Of a stretch of 64,000 bases of DNA, positions 54,902-64,000 are shown piece after piece. Location: assembly GCA_038143065.1 (NCBI GenBank), contig JAYQLI010000035.1:384001-448000 (forward strand). Direction: 5' to 3'. The stretch's first letter is position 1, and each line of letters begins with the position of its first letter. This DNA is from Rhodospirillales bacterium (GTDB lineage Bacteria; Pseudomonadota; Alphaproteobacteria; Bin95). The notes under the pieces were generated by a model that ran no database searches, was not told where the DNA came from, and worked only from the letters and a program-made list of their open reading frames with translations. The translations under genes and the position numbers were made by a program.

Positions 54902-55879
54902 CTATAACGTCAACACCAGTTTTCCGATGACACTTCGATCTTGAATTTTCATTAGTGCTTCTTTTGCGTGTTCGACAGGATAGGTCTCTTGTACGCGAGG
55001 TTTAAGTTTACCAGCGCTCACGAATGGAAGTAGTCCTTCCAGTCGTTCTCGAGTTTCTGAGGGATAGCGCCAAGAGTGTTCACCGAATACTACACCCACC
55101 ACCGAAAAATTTTTCACCAAAATCATATTAGTGGCAACTTTCGGGATATCACCTGAAGCAAATCCGATAACTAAAATACGGCCTTGCCAGGCAATGCAGC
55201 GGACGGCTTGGGCAAAAGCATCCCCACCTACGGGGTCAAAGACTACATCGGCGCCTTTGTCCCCTGTGATTTCCTTCACCCGATCGCGAAGGTTTTCTTC
55301 TCTATAATTAATCACTTCATCGGCTCCTACCGACGCAGCAACTTTTAATTTTTCTGACGTGCCCGCCGCAGCGATTACTCGAGCACCAAGTAGTTTTCCA
55401 ATTTCAATTGCGGCAATTCCAACTCCTCCTGTTGCTCCTAAGACGAGTAAGGTTTCCCCCGGCTGAAGTTGTCCTCTATGTGTGAGAGCGAAATGGGCAG
55501 TGCCGTAGGCAACTGGGAATGCAGCGGCATTGGTAAAATTCATATCGTCCGGAATTGGGGTGACAATATCTCCTGGAACTACACATTCAGCGGCAAATGC
55601 ACCACCTCGACGCGCAAAGGCGAGTACACGATCACCGACCTTAACGTGCGATACGCCTTCTGTTACTTCGAGCACGTGACCCGCACATTCTAAGCCTGGC
55701 ACAAATGGCAGCTCTGGCTTCACTTGATATTTACCTTCAGCCATTAAGATGTCAGGAAAATTGATGCCAGCTGCACGTACGCCTATGCGGACTTGCCCCC
55801 TTTCTATTTGGGGTGGGGAGATTTCAGAAACAGTTAAATTGTCAACTGAGCCTAACTCAGGGCAAATCAATGCTTTCAT
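54902..55879 (-). CDS. NADPH:quinone oxidoreductase (MDR family)
   Basis: AGINFPD...GKYQ, PFVPGLE, LGATGGVG, DPVGG, IGFASG. Confidence 0.92.
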   Translation of the reverse strand: MKALICPELGSVDNLTVSEISPPQIERGQVRIGVRAAGINFPDILMAEGKYQVKPELPFVPGLECAGHVLEVTEGVSHVKVGDRVLAFARRGGAFAAECVVPGDIVTPIPDDMNFTNAAAFPVAYGTAHFALTHRGQLQPGETLLVLGATGGVGIAAIEIGKLLGARVIAAAGTSEKLKVAASVGADEVINYREENLRDRVKEITGDKGADVVFDPVGGDAFAQAVRCIAWQGRILVIGFASGDIPKVATNMILVKNFSVVGVVFGEHSWRYPSETRERLEGLLPFVSAGKLKPRVQETYPVEHAKEALMKIQDRSVIGKLVLTL

Positions 55880-57446
55880 GAAAGTTCTCCGTCAGCGACA
55901 GCATTTATTGCTAAATTTCTCAAATCCCTGCGCATTAACTTACCTGTTGGAGTGAGTGGTAACTCTGACACGAAGAATATGCGATCTGGTAGTTTGTATG
56001 ATGATAGAAGTTGCTTGCAGTGGTCGCGGAGTTGAATGGCATTCCGTTCTGTTCCAGGCCGAAGGATGACAAAAGCTACAATTATTTCACCCTTGTCTGG
56101 GTCTGGTACTCCTGACACTCCAGCTAGGCCAACGTATTCATCTTTTTGCAATGCTTCTTCGACTTCTGCAGGTGATACGTTAATCCCAGAACGTTTAATC
56201 ATCTCAGATGATCGCCCCGCATAAGACACTGTGCCATCTGAATTTAATGACCCAAGATCTCCAGTTCTAAAAAACCGTCTTCTGTAAATACTTCATCGTT
56301 ATGAATTGAACTCTGTCCACCATATCCGGGCGTGAGGTATCCATGTACCTGTATTTCACCAACATCATCGCTAGCCATAGGTTGGCCTGTTTTGGGATCT
56401 GTTATGCGAATTCTAACTCCAGGTAGGGGAGGGCCTTGGCAGTGGGCTCGACGCTCTAGAGGCCAATGATGTGGAGTTACGCTGCAGTTACCGTAACTCT
56501 CTGTTTGTCCATAAATATTGCAAATTTCATTTGCACCGAGCTCATTTGCGGCTCTTATGATATCCTGCGGCGAGCCTATTGTAAGGCCGGTCCGAAGGCT
56601 TTTGGTCCGCTGTGGTGTAAAGCTTGGTTCGGCAAGAAGAGCATTTGTCATAGCAGGTAAAGTATAGAGAGCAGTTGCCCTACGCTCTTCTATTAATTCA
56701 AGCGCGCCCGCAGGTTCAAATTGTTGCTGAAGGATCATTGAAGATCCATGGCTTAAGACTGCAATCAGAGCATTTGCTGCTCCGTATGACCAAAAAAGAG
56801 GGATTGATATTAGAACTCTATCAATCCCAGAAAGCCCCATCCGCTCGCCAATATTAAAACCATTTTCTATAGATGCCCAATGGGTGAGTGGCACGCACTT
56901 AGGTCGACTTGAGGAACCAGAAGTATATAACACCACGAAATTGTCACCGGCGCTTCGGCCATCTCCAGGAGGCTTTGAAGCCAAGACCGGTCCTTTCAGG
57001 TATTCATCGAATTCGTGAGTATCTAAGGCTATAATTTTAGTCAGGTTTTGAAGCTTTCCAGCTTTTTTGAGCTCTTGAATGCCCTCGTGGAAATTTTGAC
57101 GTCCATATTTGGATAGTGTGAATAGGGTGCAGGCTCCTGCGTCCTCAAGTAGGAACTCAAGTTCAGAGGTTGTTGACCAAGTGCTAAATGGAGCTAGCAC
57201 TGCGCCAACTCCAGCTGCACCAAAACATATATCCAACCACTCAATTCGGTTGTTACACAGAAGGCCTATTACATCTCCCCGCGTGATGCCATCTTCCTGA
57301 AGTCGTCCTGCTACAGCTGCTGAACGATCTGCCATCTGCCGATAGGTGATTTCTTCACCACCAATGAATGCAAACGGCGCATTTGGCGTTTTCTCAGCAA
57401 TTTCATGGAGCAAATCATATACTGTTCTAGCAATGGGACTTTGCAT
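55876..57446 (-). CDS. Acyl-CoA synthetase / AMP-binding enzyme (frameshift near 56270)
   Basis: YTSGSSSRPK, IYGQTE, GR.SEMIKRSG.NVSPAEVE, LPLTPTGK. Confidence 0.9.
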
Positions 57447-57498
57447 GATTATTCCAATGTTGGACTATCTTAGGAATCTAACGCTAAGGGGCGAAGCT

Positions 57499-58257
57499 AT
57501 GCCACTCAATATTCGCACGCCAGAAAAATATGTCACTCTTATAGAGCTCGATGAACAATCCAAAATGAATGCTATGTCCCGCCAAATGTTAGGGGAGATA
57601 GCAGATCTTTGGGAGAAACTTGATGCTGATCCAGGATGCCGGGCGATAGTACTCACAGGCGCGGGAGATCGCGCTTTTTGTGCAGGAGCCGATATAGGAG
57701 GTGACCTCACAGCCAGTGAGGAGATGGCTGAAATGATTAACCGAGCGCTATTAAAAACACACGCGATTTCTAAGCCTGTTATTGCTGCAGTTAATGGTGT
57801 CTGTGCAGGTGGAGGAGTGGAGTTACTTCTTTCAACAGATATAAGAATAGCAGCTGAGCATGCCCGCATTGGGTTGCCGGAAGTACGGTACTCTATCTAT
57901 CCATTTGGTGGCGCGGTTTTGAAGCTTTTTAAGCAAATTGGTTATACACATGCGATGGATTTGCTTCTTACGGGGCGACTGATTAGCGCTTTAGATGCTG
58001 CTAATTTAGGTCTTTATACCCGGGTGCTGTCTAAGGATAAAGTCTTAGATAACGCCATAGAGACAGCAGCTGTTATTGCTGAAAATAGTCCACCAGCGGT
58101 GCAAGCTGTTAAGAAGCAGGTGGCACAAATGATCGCCTTTGATGCAATGCAATGGGAAGAGGAGGAACAATCGCTTGGGGATATGGTCAGGGCAAGTAAC
58201 TCTTTCAAAGAGGGGGTAGCCGCATTCCTGGAGAAGCGTCCCCCTAAATACGATTAG
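57499..58257 (+). CDS. Enoyl-CoA hydratase/isomerase
   Basis: AFCAGAD, KPVIAAVNG...GGGVEL, GLPEV, EGVAAFLEKR.P; ATG 57499. Confidence 0.92.
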   Translation: MPLNIRTPEKYVTLIELDEQSKMNAMSRQMLGEIADLWEKLDADPGCRAIVLTGAGDRAFCAGADIGGDLTASEEMAEMINRALLKTHAISKPVIAAVNGVCAGGGVELLLSTDIRIAAEHARIGLPEVRYSIYPFGGAVLKLFKQIGYTHAMDLLLTGRLISALDAANLGLYTRVLSKDKVLDNAIETAAVIAENSPPAVQAVKKQVAQMIAFDAMQWEEEEQSLGDMVRASNSFKEGVAAFLEKRPPKYD

Positions 58258-58721
58258 AGTGGAAGCGGTGCTGACGTTTTTAAAGTCTCCATGGAAAGCT
58301 GAGACGTAACCTTATAAATTTGTATGCGCTCGATAAGGCGGCGATAAAATTCATCGTAATCTCTAGCCGTTGCAACTTGGACTTTCAAAATATAATCGAT
58401 CTCACCAGCAAGGCGATGAGCTTCAACGATCTCGGGCATATCACTCACGGCAGCGGAAAAGTGTTCTAACCATTTCTTATCGTGCTGATTTGTGCTGACC
58501 ATGACAAAAAAGGTTTGGCCAAGACCAGCAAGTTCAGGATCAAGTAACGTTTGGTATCGAATTATTAGACCACTTGCCTCAAATTTTTTTATCCGGTTCC
58601 AAACAGCAGTTCGAGAAGCACCAACAGTTGATGCTATTTGGTCCAAAGGAAGGTTCGCTTCCGATTGCAGAACTCGGAGGATCCTGCGATCCAGATCTGA
58701 GAGGTTAGGGTTTTGCTGCAT
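58254..58721 (-). CDS. Lrp/AsnC family regulator (DecR-like)
   Basis: DRRILRVLQ, AVWNRIKKFE..G.I, EAHRLAGEIDYILKV. Confidence 0.92.
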   Translation of the reverse strand: MQQNPNLSDLDRRILRVLQSEANLPLDQIASTVGASRTAVWNRIKKFEASGLIIRYQTLLDPELAGLGQTFFVMVSTNQHDKKWLEHFSAAVSDMPEIVEAHRLAGEIDYILKVQVATARDYDEFYRRLIERIQIYKVTSQLSMETLKTSAPLPL

Positions 58722-58926
58722 GAGCCGGCACTTTCAAACTTCATTCAATTTGTATATTGGAAAAATATTCTAATATTTTAAGGATAAATACTGCTATAAA
58801 GAAAAAATGTTATAAATATTATAAAAATATTGAATAAATTTCAATTTCGCGAAAATTTTTACGACTTGTGTTTTACGTCCACATCAGTCCATCTAAGACC
58901 GGTAAAATGCTGGTCTTCTGGTAGAT

Positions 58927-60345
58927 TTAACTTCTCTTTCCAGCATGCCATTGCTCCGTAAAACTTTTTTTGCCGGGTAGAGTAAGGTCCCTATCTTTTG
59001 TCCAAGAAGTTGCAAATGGTGCCTGCTTTAAGCGGTTATTTTTTCCTTTGAATAATCGGAGCGTTGGGAGAGCAAGCTTAACAGCAAGTCGATATAACCA
59101 TGGGCGTAAAGCAAAGTATGCCCAGGCGGTCATAATCCAGCGAGTACGTTGGCTGCCTGTCTTCTCTCTCCACTGGCGTTCGCGTAAAGCTCTCATCATG
59201 TCTGGTAAGGGTATGTCCACCGGACATACTTCCCGACATCTTCCATTTAACGTGCATGCATTAGGCAAGTCCCCGGCCTGCTCTAGGCTATTTAGGGCAG
59301 GGGTTAAAATTGACCCCATCGGCCCTGGATATGTTGAACCATATGGATGACCGCCAATCACTGAATAAACAGGGCAATGATTCATGCAGGCACCGCAACG
59401 AATGCAGCGGAGCATTTTTGCCATATCACCGCCCAACATTGATGTCCGTCGATTGTCTACTAAAACAATGTGCATTTCTTCTGGACCATCTCTATCACCA
59501 GAACGTTTAGGTCCGTTGAAAAAAGTTACATATTGGGTGAATTCACTACCCAATGCGGATCTGGATAAAAGTCTAAGGAAAACTGCTGTGTGCTCTAAGC
59601 TTGGGACAAGTTTTTCGATGCCCACTGTAACGATGTGGCAGGGAGGTAGTGCTGTTGTTAGCTCTGCGTTTCCTTCGTTTGTTACTGTTAAAACCGAGCC
59701 GCTATCAGCAGCGAGAAAATTTGCTCCAGAAATGCCTACATCGGCAGAAATATATTTTGGCCTAAGCTCGTGTCGGGCGCTTTCGACCAAAGCTTCGACA
59801 GTGTCAGATGATCTTTGCCTTGTATGTTTATCAGTAAACAGGTCAGCCACTTCCTCCTGTGTCTTATGAAGGGCCGGGATCACTATGTGTGAGGGGCGCT
59901 CACCTGCTAATTGAATAATGTGCTCCGCGAGATCTGTTTCAACACGCTCAATTCCCGCCGCTGCAAGAGCGCCTGGTAGGCCAATTTCTTCGCCTAGCAT
60001 TGATTTCACGCGCGTGGCTGTTTTTGCCTCTCGTGCCTTGCATATATCTACAACGATTCCCGTCGCTTCGTCAGGGGTTTCGGCAAAGTGAACTATAGCA
60101 CCTGAGGCTTCAGCAGCGGCCGTGAATTGTTCTAAGTAGTAATCAAGATTTTCTAACGTATGATCTTTAACCTGCACTGCTAGCTTTCGGGCTTCTTCGA
60201 ATTCAGGGTAATTAGTAATTACCTCCGTTCGCCTGCCTTGAAGTAAGTTAGTTGCCCGATCTAATGCTATTTTTAGTTGAGGCTTTTTTAGTGCGTGAGC
60301 TGCCTCTGTTTTGAAGGCAGAAGGTGAAGCGGCGTGAGAGGTCAT
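58927..60345 (-). CDS. lutB: Lactate utilization Fe-S protein LutB
   Basis: KSM..EE, ETDLAE.IIQ, PSHIVIPALH, NEGN, CIRCGAC.NHCP, YPGPMG, C..VCPV.I. Confidence 0.93.
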   Translation of the reverse strand: MTSHAASPSAFKTEAAHALKKPQLKIALDRATNLLQGRRTEVITNYPEFEEARKLAVQVKDHTLENLDYYLEQFTAAAEASGAIVHFAETPDEATGIVVDICKAREAKTATRVKSMLGEEIGLPGALAAAGIERVETDLAEHIIQLAGERPSHIVIPALHKTQEEVADLFTDKHTRQRSSDTVEALVESARHELRPKYISADVGISGANFLAADSGSVLTVTNEGNAELTTALPPCHIVTVGIEKLVPSLEHTAVFLRLLSRSALGSEFTQYVTFFNGPKRSGDRDGPEEMHIVLVDNRRTSMLGGDMAKMLRCIRCGACMNHCPVYSVIGGHPYGSTYPGPMGSILTPALNSLEQAGDLPNACTLNGRCREVCPVDIPLPDMMRALRERQWREKTGSQRTRWIMTAWAYFALRPWLYRLAVKLALPTLRLFKGKNNRLKQAPFATSWTKDRDLTLPGKKSFTEQWHAGKRS

Positions 60346-61094
60346 ATGCCTTCTCCATCTGCCATGCCAGCAAGAACTTCCGCGATATGAAAACAGCGGA
60401 TGTTTGAATTTTCGCGCGATAGCTTTCCTGCCATATTCATTAGACAGCCTAAATCACCTGCAAGAAGTACATCTGCACCACTGGCCTTTATTGTCTTAGT
60501 TTTGTCGGCCACGATTGCTGAAGAAATTTCTGGATATTTGATGCAGAAGGTGCCGCCAAAACCGCAGCATGCCTCTTCACCTTCGAGTGGATGAATTTCC
60601 AATCCTGAAATTTCAGATAAAAGAACACGAGGCTGTGCCTTAACGCCAAGCTCCCTTAGTCCCGAACAACTATCATGGTAGGCAACTTTGGCTGGGAATA
60701 CGGTCGAGGTTGGTTTCCAACCCATGATATCAACAAGAAACTGGGTGAGCTCAAATGTTCGAGCAGCTAGATCTTCTTGCCTGAGCCGCCAACCTGGGTC
60801 TTCCGGAAAAAGGTCTGCGTAGTGTACTTTGATCATTCCTGCACAAGAGCCGGATGGTGCCACTACATAGTCATATGTTTCAAATGTTTTAATTACTTGC
60901 TCTGCTATTGCGCGACTTGCACTTTTTGCGCCTGAATTAAAGGCAGGTTGCCCGCAGCAAGTTTGTGCCTTTGGGACTATCACCTCACAACCTGCTAATT
61001 CTAAAAGGCGAACAGCGGCAAATGCCACGTTTGGCCGCATTGTGTCAGCCAAGCAGGTTACAAAGAGCGCGACGGAAGGCTTAGATCTTGTCAT
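60342..61094 (-). CDS. lutA: Lactate utilization protein LutA (CCG domains)
   Basis: LFVTCL.D, QTCCGQP, SGSC, YHDSC, CCGFGGTF, DLGCLMN; ATG 61094. Confidence 0.93.
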   Translation of the reverse strand: MTRSKPSVALFVTCLADTMRPNVAFAAVRLLELAGCEVIVPKAQTCCGQPAFNSGAKSASRAIAEQVIKTFETYDYVVAPSGSCAGMIKVHYADLFPEDPGWRLRQEDLAARTFELTQFLVDIMGWKPTSTVFPAKVAYHDSCSGLRELGVKAQPRVLLSEISGLEIHPLEGEEACCGFGGTFCIKYPEISSAIVADKTKTIKASGADVLLAGDLGCLMNMAGKLSRENSNIRCFHIAEVLAGMADGEGI

Positions 61095-61233
61095 ACCACA
61101 AAAATATCGCCGGTGTATCTTCGTAGCGATGCGCGCCGCCGCCGCAGCGCGCGAATGCCGCAATTTTCCTTGCCGTTAGGTTGGTGCAGGTGGCCGAAGC
61201 ATGAATGCCTTAGAGACTGCTTGGGAACTTCTT

Positions 61234-62393
61234 TTAAAGATCCTTCAATATTTCGTTCCAAAGAGTAGACTTAAGTTCAAAGCCGACGCCTGGAGCATCT
61301 GGCAGGGTAATTTCCCCGCTTTCAACCTTTGTATCGTCTGCGAACCCACCAAAGGGCTGAAACACTCCCGGGTAACTTTCGTTCCCTCCCAGTCCAAGCC
61401 CAGCGGCTATGTTTAAGGCAAACTGGTGGCCACCATGAGGAATGCAGCGTCGCGGTGCCCAACCTAACTCATGCAGCATTTTAAGTGTGTCGAAATATTC
61501 AACTAAACCATAAGAAAGAGGGGGTCGAATTGAAGCCAATCGCGATCACTGCGCATCCCTGCGTACCTGATTAAGTTACGAGCATCTTGTACCGAAAATA
61601 AATTTTCTCCTGTAGCCATTGCGCCAGGATAGATTTCACTAAGGACTGCCTGTAGTTGATAATCTAGGGGATCTCCAGCCTCCTCATACCAGAAGAGGTC
61701 GTAAGGCTTCATCATTTCGGCATAGGCAATAGCTGTTTGCAGATCAAAGCGACCGTTAGCGTCTACGGCTAACCTCTGGCCGTCGCCAACCACCTCAAGT
61801 ACTGCCTCTATGCGTTCTTTATCAAGATCGATACTTTCGCCACCAATTTTCATTTTAACGATATCGTAGCCGAGGTTAAGGTAGCTCTTCATCTCCTCTT
61901 TAAGAGCATCTAAACCTTTTCCCGGATAGTAATAGCCGCCAGCGGCGTAGACAAAGACCTTGCGGTCAGCTTTGCCAGCATTAAACCGGTCGGCCAATAG
62001 CTGCCACAAAGGTACTTGATTGGCCTTTGCGAGCGCATCCCAAAGGGCCATATCGATCGTTCCAACTGCCACAGACCTCTCTCCGTGTCCTCCTGGCTTT
62101 TCATTTACTCTCATCGACTTGTTTACTTTTGCTGGATCGATAAAGCCGTCTTCATCAATCCATTCGTTTTGGTCCGCGGCTTGGATCCGAGGAATAAATC
62201 GGTCACGCATTAATGCGCCCTGGCCATAGCGGCCGTTTGAGTTAAATCCGTAACCAATGACCTGTTTGCCATCTATATAAACATCGGTTTTAACGGAAAC
62301 TACGGTGCAGGTCATTTGGCTAAAGTCAACATACGCGTTTCGGATATCTGACTTTAGCGATACGGTTTTTTCAACGATGTCTATAATTTTCAT
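61234..62393 (-). CDS. tarD: Enolase-superfamily enzyme, D-tartrate dehydratase-like (frameshift near 61520)
   Basis: IRNAYVDF, GFNSNGRYGQG, NEKPGGHGERSVAVG, KMK, VDANG, YEE, TGEN, PHGGHQ match Bradyrhizobium TarD as recalled. Confidence 0.8.
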
Positions 62394-62544
62394 ACCAGCT
62401 TTACTTTCAAATCAATCAAGGAATTACTCCTAGTGAAGTAATCCTTTACTTTGCAAGAGGTCCCTTTGGTGTTTTGCAAAAAATTATTTGGTTCATTCAA
62501 TAATTCAGCAGAAATAGGACTTGATTAAATACCCAAGATGATAC

Positions 62545-62581
62545 AAATCCAATTCGTACATGATTAGTACTAATTGGATTT
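62545..62581. promoter_or_regulatory. Long inverted repeat, putative Rrf2 operator
   Basis: AAATCCAATTCGTAC-N7-GTACTAATTGGATTT (15-bp arms, one mismatch), ending 7 nt before the rrf2 ATG. Confidence 0.6.
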
Positions 62582-62588
62582 TGGGTAC

Positions 62589-63041
62589 ATGCTGCGCTTA
62601 TCAAAAATGACCGATTATGCGGTTGTAGTTATGGGGCAATTAGCTTCCAGACCTGATTGCCGTCAGTCCGCTGCTAGTATAGCTGAAAATACTGGTTTAC
62701 CGACCGCTACAGTCGGGCAAGTACTTAAAGCTCTCAGCTTTTCAAACCTAGTTGATGGCACCCGCGGCGCATACGGTGGCTATTTATTGTCTCGCTCTCC
62801 TTCTGCCATTTCAGTTGCAGAGATTGTGGTGGCAATGGATGGGCCCGTTGCGATTACCGCTTGTGTGGATGGAGCGGACGACCCCTGCAATGTTCAGGCT
62901 GGATGTTTGCTTCGTGGTAGTTGGGATGCCGTGAATTCAGCAATTGAAGGTGCTCTGAAGGGTGTAACTCTTGAAGAAATGCTAGCTCCCTTATTTAGAT
63001 TTTCTGTATCCAAATCCTCTGAATTGGAGGTCCGCTCATGA
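62589..63041 (+). CDS. Rrf2-family SUF Fe-S assembly regulator (IscR-like)
   Basis: [21 protein letters not shown], three Cys (TAC..PC..GC); directly upstream of sufB. Confidence 0.92.
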   Translation: MLRLSKMTDYAVVVMGQLASRPDCRQSAASIAENTGLPTATVGQVLKALSFSNLVDGTRGAYGGYLLSRSPSAISVAEIVVAMDGPVAITACVDGADDPCNVQAGCLLRGSWDAVNSAIEGALKGVTLEEMLAPLFRFSVSKSSELEVRS

Positions 63042-64000
63042 GTGCTACAGCAGAAACTATTGCTGATGTCGAGAAGTTAGGCGATCGTTACAAATACGGC
63101 TTCGTTACTGAGATTGAATCAGAAACTGCTCCTAAGGGTCTGTCTGAGGACGTAATTCGTTTTATTTCGGCCAAGAAGGAAGAGCCGGCGTGGCTCCTGG
63201 AATGGCGGCTGCAAGCCTATGCAAAATGGCAAAAAATGAATGAGCCTAATTGGGCTAAATTGGGTTACCCTCCGATAGATTACCAAGACTCTTATTATTA
63301 CTCGGCACCAAAACAAAAAGATGCCCCCAAAAGCCTAGATGAGGTTGATCCAGAGTTACTAGAAACATACGAAAAACTTGGCATTCCACTAAAAGAACAG
63401 GAAATGCTGGCAGGGGTGAGAAACGTTGCCGTTGATGCAGTATTCGATAGTGTCTCGGTTGCTACTACCTTCAAAGCAAAATTAGCCGAAGCTGGTGTCA
63501 TTTTTTGTTCGATATCTGAAGCGGTTCGCGAATATCCAGACCTGGTCAAAAAGTACCTCGGCTCAGTAGTGCCGCAGGATGACAATTTTTTTGCCGCCTT
63601 GAATTGTGCAGTCTACACCGATGGCTCATTTGTATACGTACCCAAGGGTGTGAAATGTCCGATGGAACTCTCTACCTATTTTCGAATAAATCGCTGAAAA
63701 TACGGGGCAGTTTGAGCGCACATTAATTATAGCGGATGAGGGGTCTTACGTCAGTTACTTGGAAGGGTGTACAGCTCCGATGCGGGATGAAAATCAGCTG
63801 CACGCGGCTGTTGTTGAGCTTGTTGCGCACAAGGATGCGGAAATCAAATATTCGACTGTTCTTAATTGGTATGCGGGTGATGAAAATGGCAAAGGCGGGA
63901 TTTTCATTTTTGTGACGAAAAGAGCCCTCTGTCAGGGCGACCGTTCAAAGGTCATGTGGACCCAGGTGGAAACGGGTTCTGCAATTACATGGAAGTACCC
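63038..64000 (+). CDS. sufB: Fe-S cluster assembly protein SufB (frameshift near 63690; runs off the window)
   Basis: [27 protein letters not shown], then GQFERTLI and SYLEGCTAP in the shifted frame. Confidence 0.97.

Noticed and set aside
1-64000. CRISPR array, rRNA, transposase, prophage or defence system
   Set aside because: No repeat-spacer periodicity or diagnostic ORFs seen.

Overview
Chromosomal window of a moderately AT-rich alphaproteobacterium, probably a marine Rhodospirillales-like heterotroph (inferred from gene content). It holds housekeeping genes (aat, lrp/trxB/lsrB-type LysR, ubiD, ruvX, gatCAB, tRNA-Ser(GCT), rrf2-sufB), several transporters and catabolic enzymes. About two dozen genes, including gatA and sufB, are split by single-base indels, often at homopolymers, so most split ORFs are read as long-read errors. 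The standout lies just downstream of tRNA-Ser. Four ORF-track fragments plus two unannotated linking stretches (41531-44686) rejoin into one ~1,050-aa protein: cNMP-binding domain x2, NirB-like linker, BFD-type [2Fe-2S], FAD/NAD(P)H reductase, then a complete nitric oxide synthase oxygenase domain. This is a candidate self-sufficient, cyclic-nucleotide-regulated NOS. Other leads: an AbcR-like sRNA behind the lsrB/vtlR-type LysR, a 95-bp insertion in a DsbA/HCCA-isomerase gene, a lone mesaconyl-CoA transferase (mct), an ABC-AtzF nitrogen-scavenging module and an uncharacterised CoA-ligase/cupin/TauD/GMC catabolic cluster. All family assignments come from motif recognition; no searches were run.
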